This document shows, in pieces, positions 63,191-64,000 of a stretch of 64,000 bases of DNA (positions within the stretch are counted from its first letter, which is position 1; every line of letters starts with the position of its first letter). The position numbers and the translations under genes were made by a program. This stretch comes from a bacterium (GTDB lineage: Bacteria; Myxococcota; UBA727; JAUIJE01): contig JAUIJE010000018.1 in the NCBI GenBank assembly GCA_030431455.1, positions 12,115 through 76,114 of the forward strand. Direction: 5' to 3'. A model generated the notes under the pieces. The model was given only the letters and a program-made list of their open reading frames with translations, was not told where the DNA came from and ran no database searches.

Positions 63191-63883
63191 TCAGCGGCGG
63201 CGGTAGAGGTACGCGGTCTCGGGGCCCCAGCTGGTGACGATCGTTCGCTGCGCCAGGGGGTCGAGCGCGTGGCTCCGCGCGGGGTGGGTGAGGGTGGCCA
63301 CCACCGCGCCGGCGGGCAGGTCGGCGCACCGCGCGTCGAACTTCGCCCGGGCTTCGTCGGGCAGCCCCGTCCAACACACGTACACGTGGGTCGCGGTCAG
63401 CCACTCGTCGCCCTGGCTGCCATCGCCCGCGCGCAACGTGGCGCCCAGCCCCGCCACGATCGCCCGGCCGTGCGCGACGTGGGGCGGCCGCAGTTCGATC
63501 CCCGTCGACGTGGCCCCGGTGGCCCGCGCCCCGAGCACCACGCGCCCGCGCCCGGCGCACGGGTCCAAAAACCGCGCGCCGGGTCCGAGCCCGTGGGGGC
63601 GGAACAGGCCGAGCACGACGAACACGGGGGTCTCGCCGTACTCGACCGAGCCGCGCGATTGGCCCGCGGCGCGCACCGCGTGCAGCGATTCGTAGTCGGT
63701 GGCCGGCCGGTAGGGGGAGCTGCGGTACCGCGCGAGCCACAGCCGCAGGTAGGCCCAGAGCGCCCGCGGCCGGGTCGCGAGCACCGCGATGTCGACGGGC
63801 CGGGTCAGGGCGCCGAACAAAAAGACCCGCCCCCGGACGAGGGCCTCGTCGAGCCAGGTGCGGGGCTGTGGTGGCGCGCTCAC
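63191..63883 (-). CDS. class I SAM-dependent methyltransferase-like protein
   Basis: Motif I-like FLDPCAGRGRVVLGA, then TGIEL (motif II acidic residue). Confidence 0.55.
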   Translation of the reverse strand: MSAPPQPRTWLDEALVRGRVFLFGALTRPVDIAVLATRPRALWAYLRLWLARYRSSPYRPATDYESLHAVRAAGQSRGSVEYGETPVFVVLGLFRPHGLGPGARFLDPCAGRGRVVLGARATGATSTGIELRPPHVAHGRAIVAGLGATLRAGDGSQGDEWLTATHVYVCWTGLPDEARAKFDARCADLPAGAVVATLTHPARSHALDPLAQRTIVTSWGPETAYLYRRR

Positions 63884-64000
63884 CGTCGAGAGCCTACTGC
63901 ACCGCGCCGCGGGGGCCGCGTGACGCAGCGTCCCAAATGGCCACTGGCGCAGCGGAAGGCCATACCCACGAGGGGGGCGAGGCGCTAGGGTCCTGCGCTC

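Overview
This is a GC-rich bacterial chromosome segment; third codon positions in credible genes are mostly G/C. It has myxobacterial hallmarks: a MYXO-CTERM-type sorting tail, FrzS/AglZ-style pseudo-receiver coiled-coil proteins, and Cys-knot/PPC lipoproteins. All domain calls come from motif signatures read by eye in the supplied translations. No database search was run.

Positions 1-24775 are an HK97-like siphovirus-type prophage. It encodes portal, prohead protease, major capsid, connector proteins, tail tube, chaperones, tape measure, a LamG/FN3 fibre, an M15 endolysin, an XRE repressor, two excisionase-type HTH proteins and a tyrosine integrase. Its integrase end abuts the 3' end of tRNA-Asp(GTC) at 24776-24852.

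The remaining 39 kb is chromosomal:
- a metallophosphoesterase and an Upf1-like SF1 helicase
- a 1100-aa pseudo-receiver coiled-coil protein
- a three-lipoprotein operon
- an FHA protein plus a second pseudo-receiver coiled-coil protein
- a DAGx/PDAAxxL-repeat MYXO-CTERM protein start/stop-coupled to a REC-EAL protein
- DUF507, and two exported beta-propeller-like proteins
- a 1054-aa pseudokinase-MshEN-pseudoREC-DUF4388 scaffold
- a PilZ protein
- housekeeping genes (adh, radA, slyD, spmAB, rlmE, trxC)

The housekeeping stretch is interrupted by an inverted-repeat-flanked structured element, a roughly 300-nt terminator-capped candidate ncRNA, and a secreted protein with a (GD)38 tract plus a somatomedin-B-like module.

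Best novelty candidates:
1. The 27.9-52.4 kb cluster of degenerate signalling scaffolds, c-di-GMP modules and exported proteins.
2. The six-gene membrane/secreted cassette wedged between portal and protease in the prophage.
3. The repressor-linked membrane-protein operon, together with a 10-bp-phased TTCGAG array.
4. The unclassified structured RNA at about 60.3-60.7 kb.
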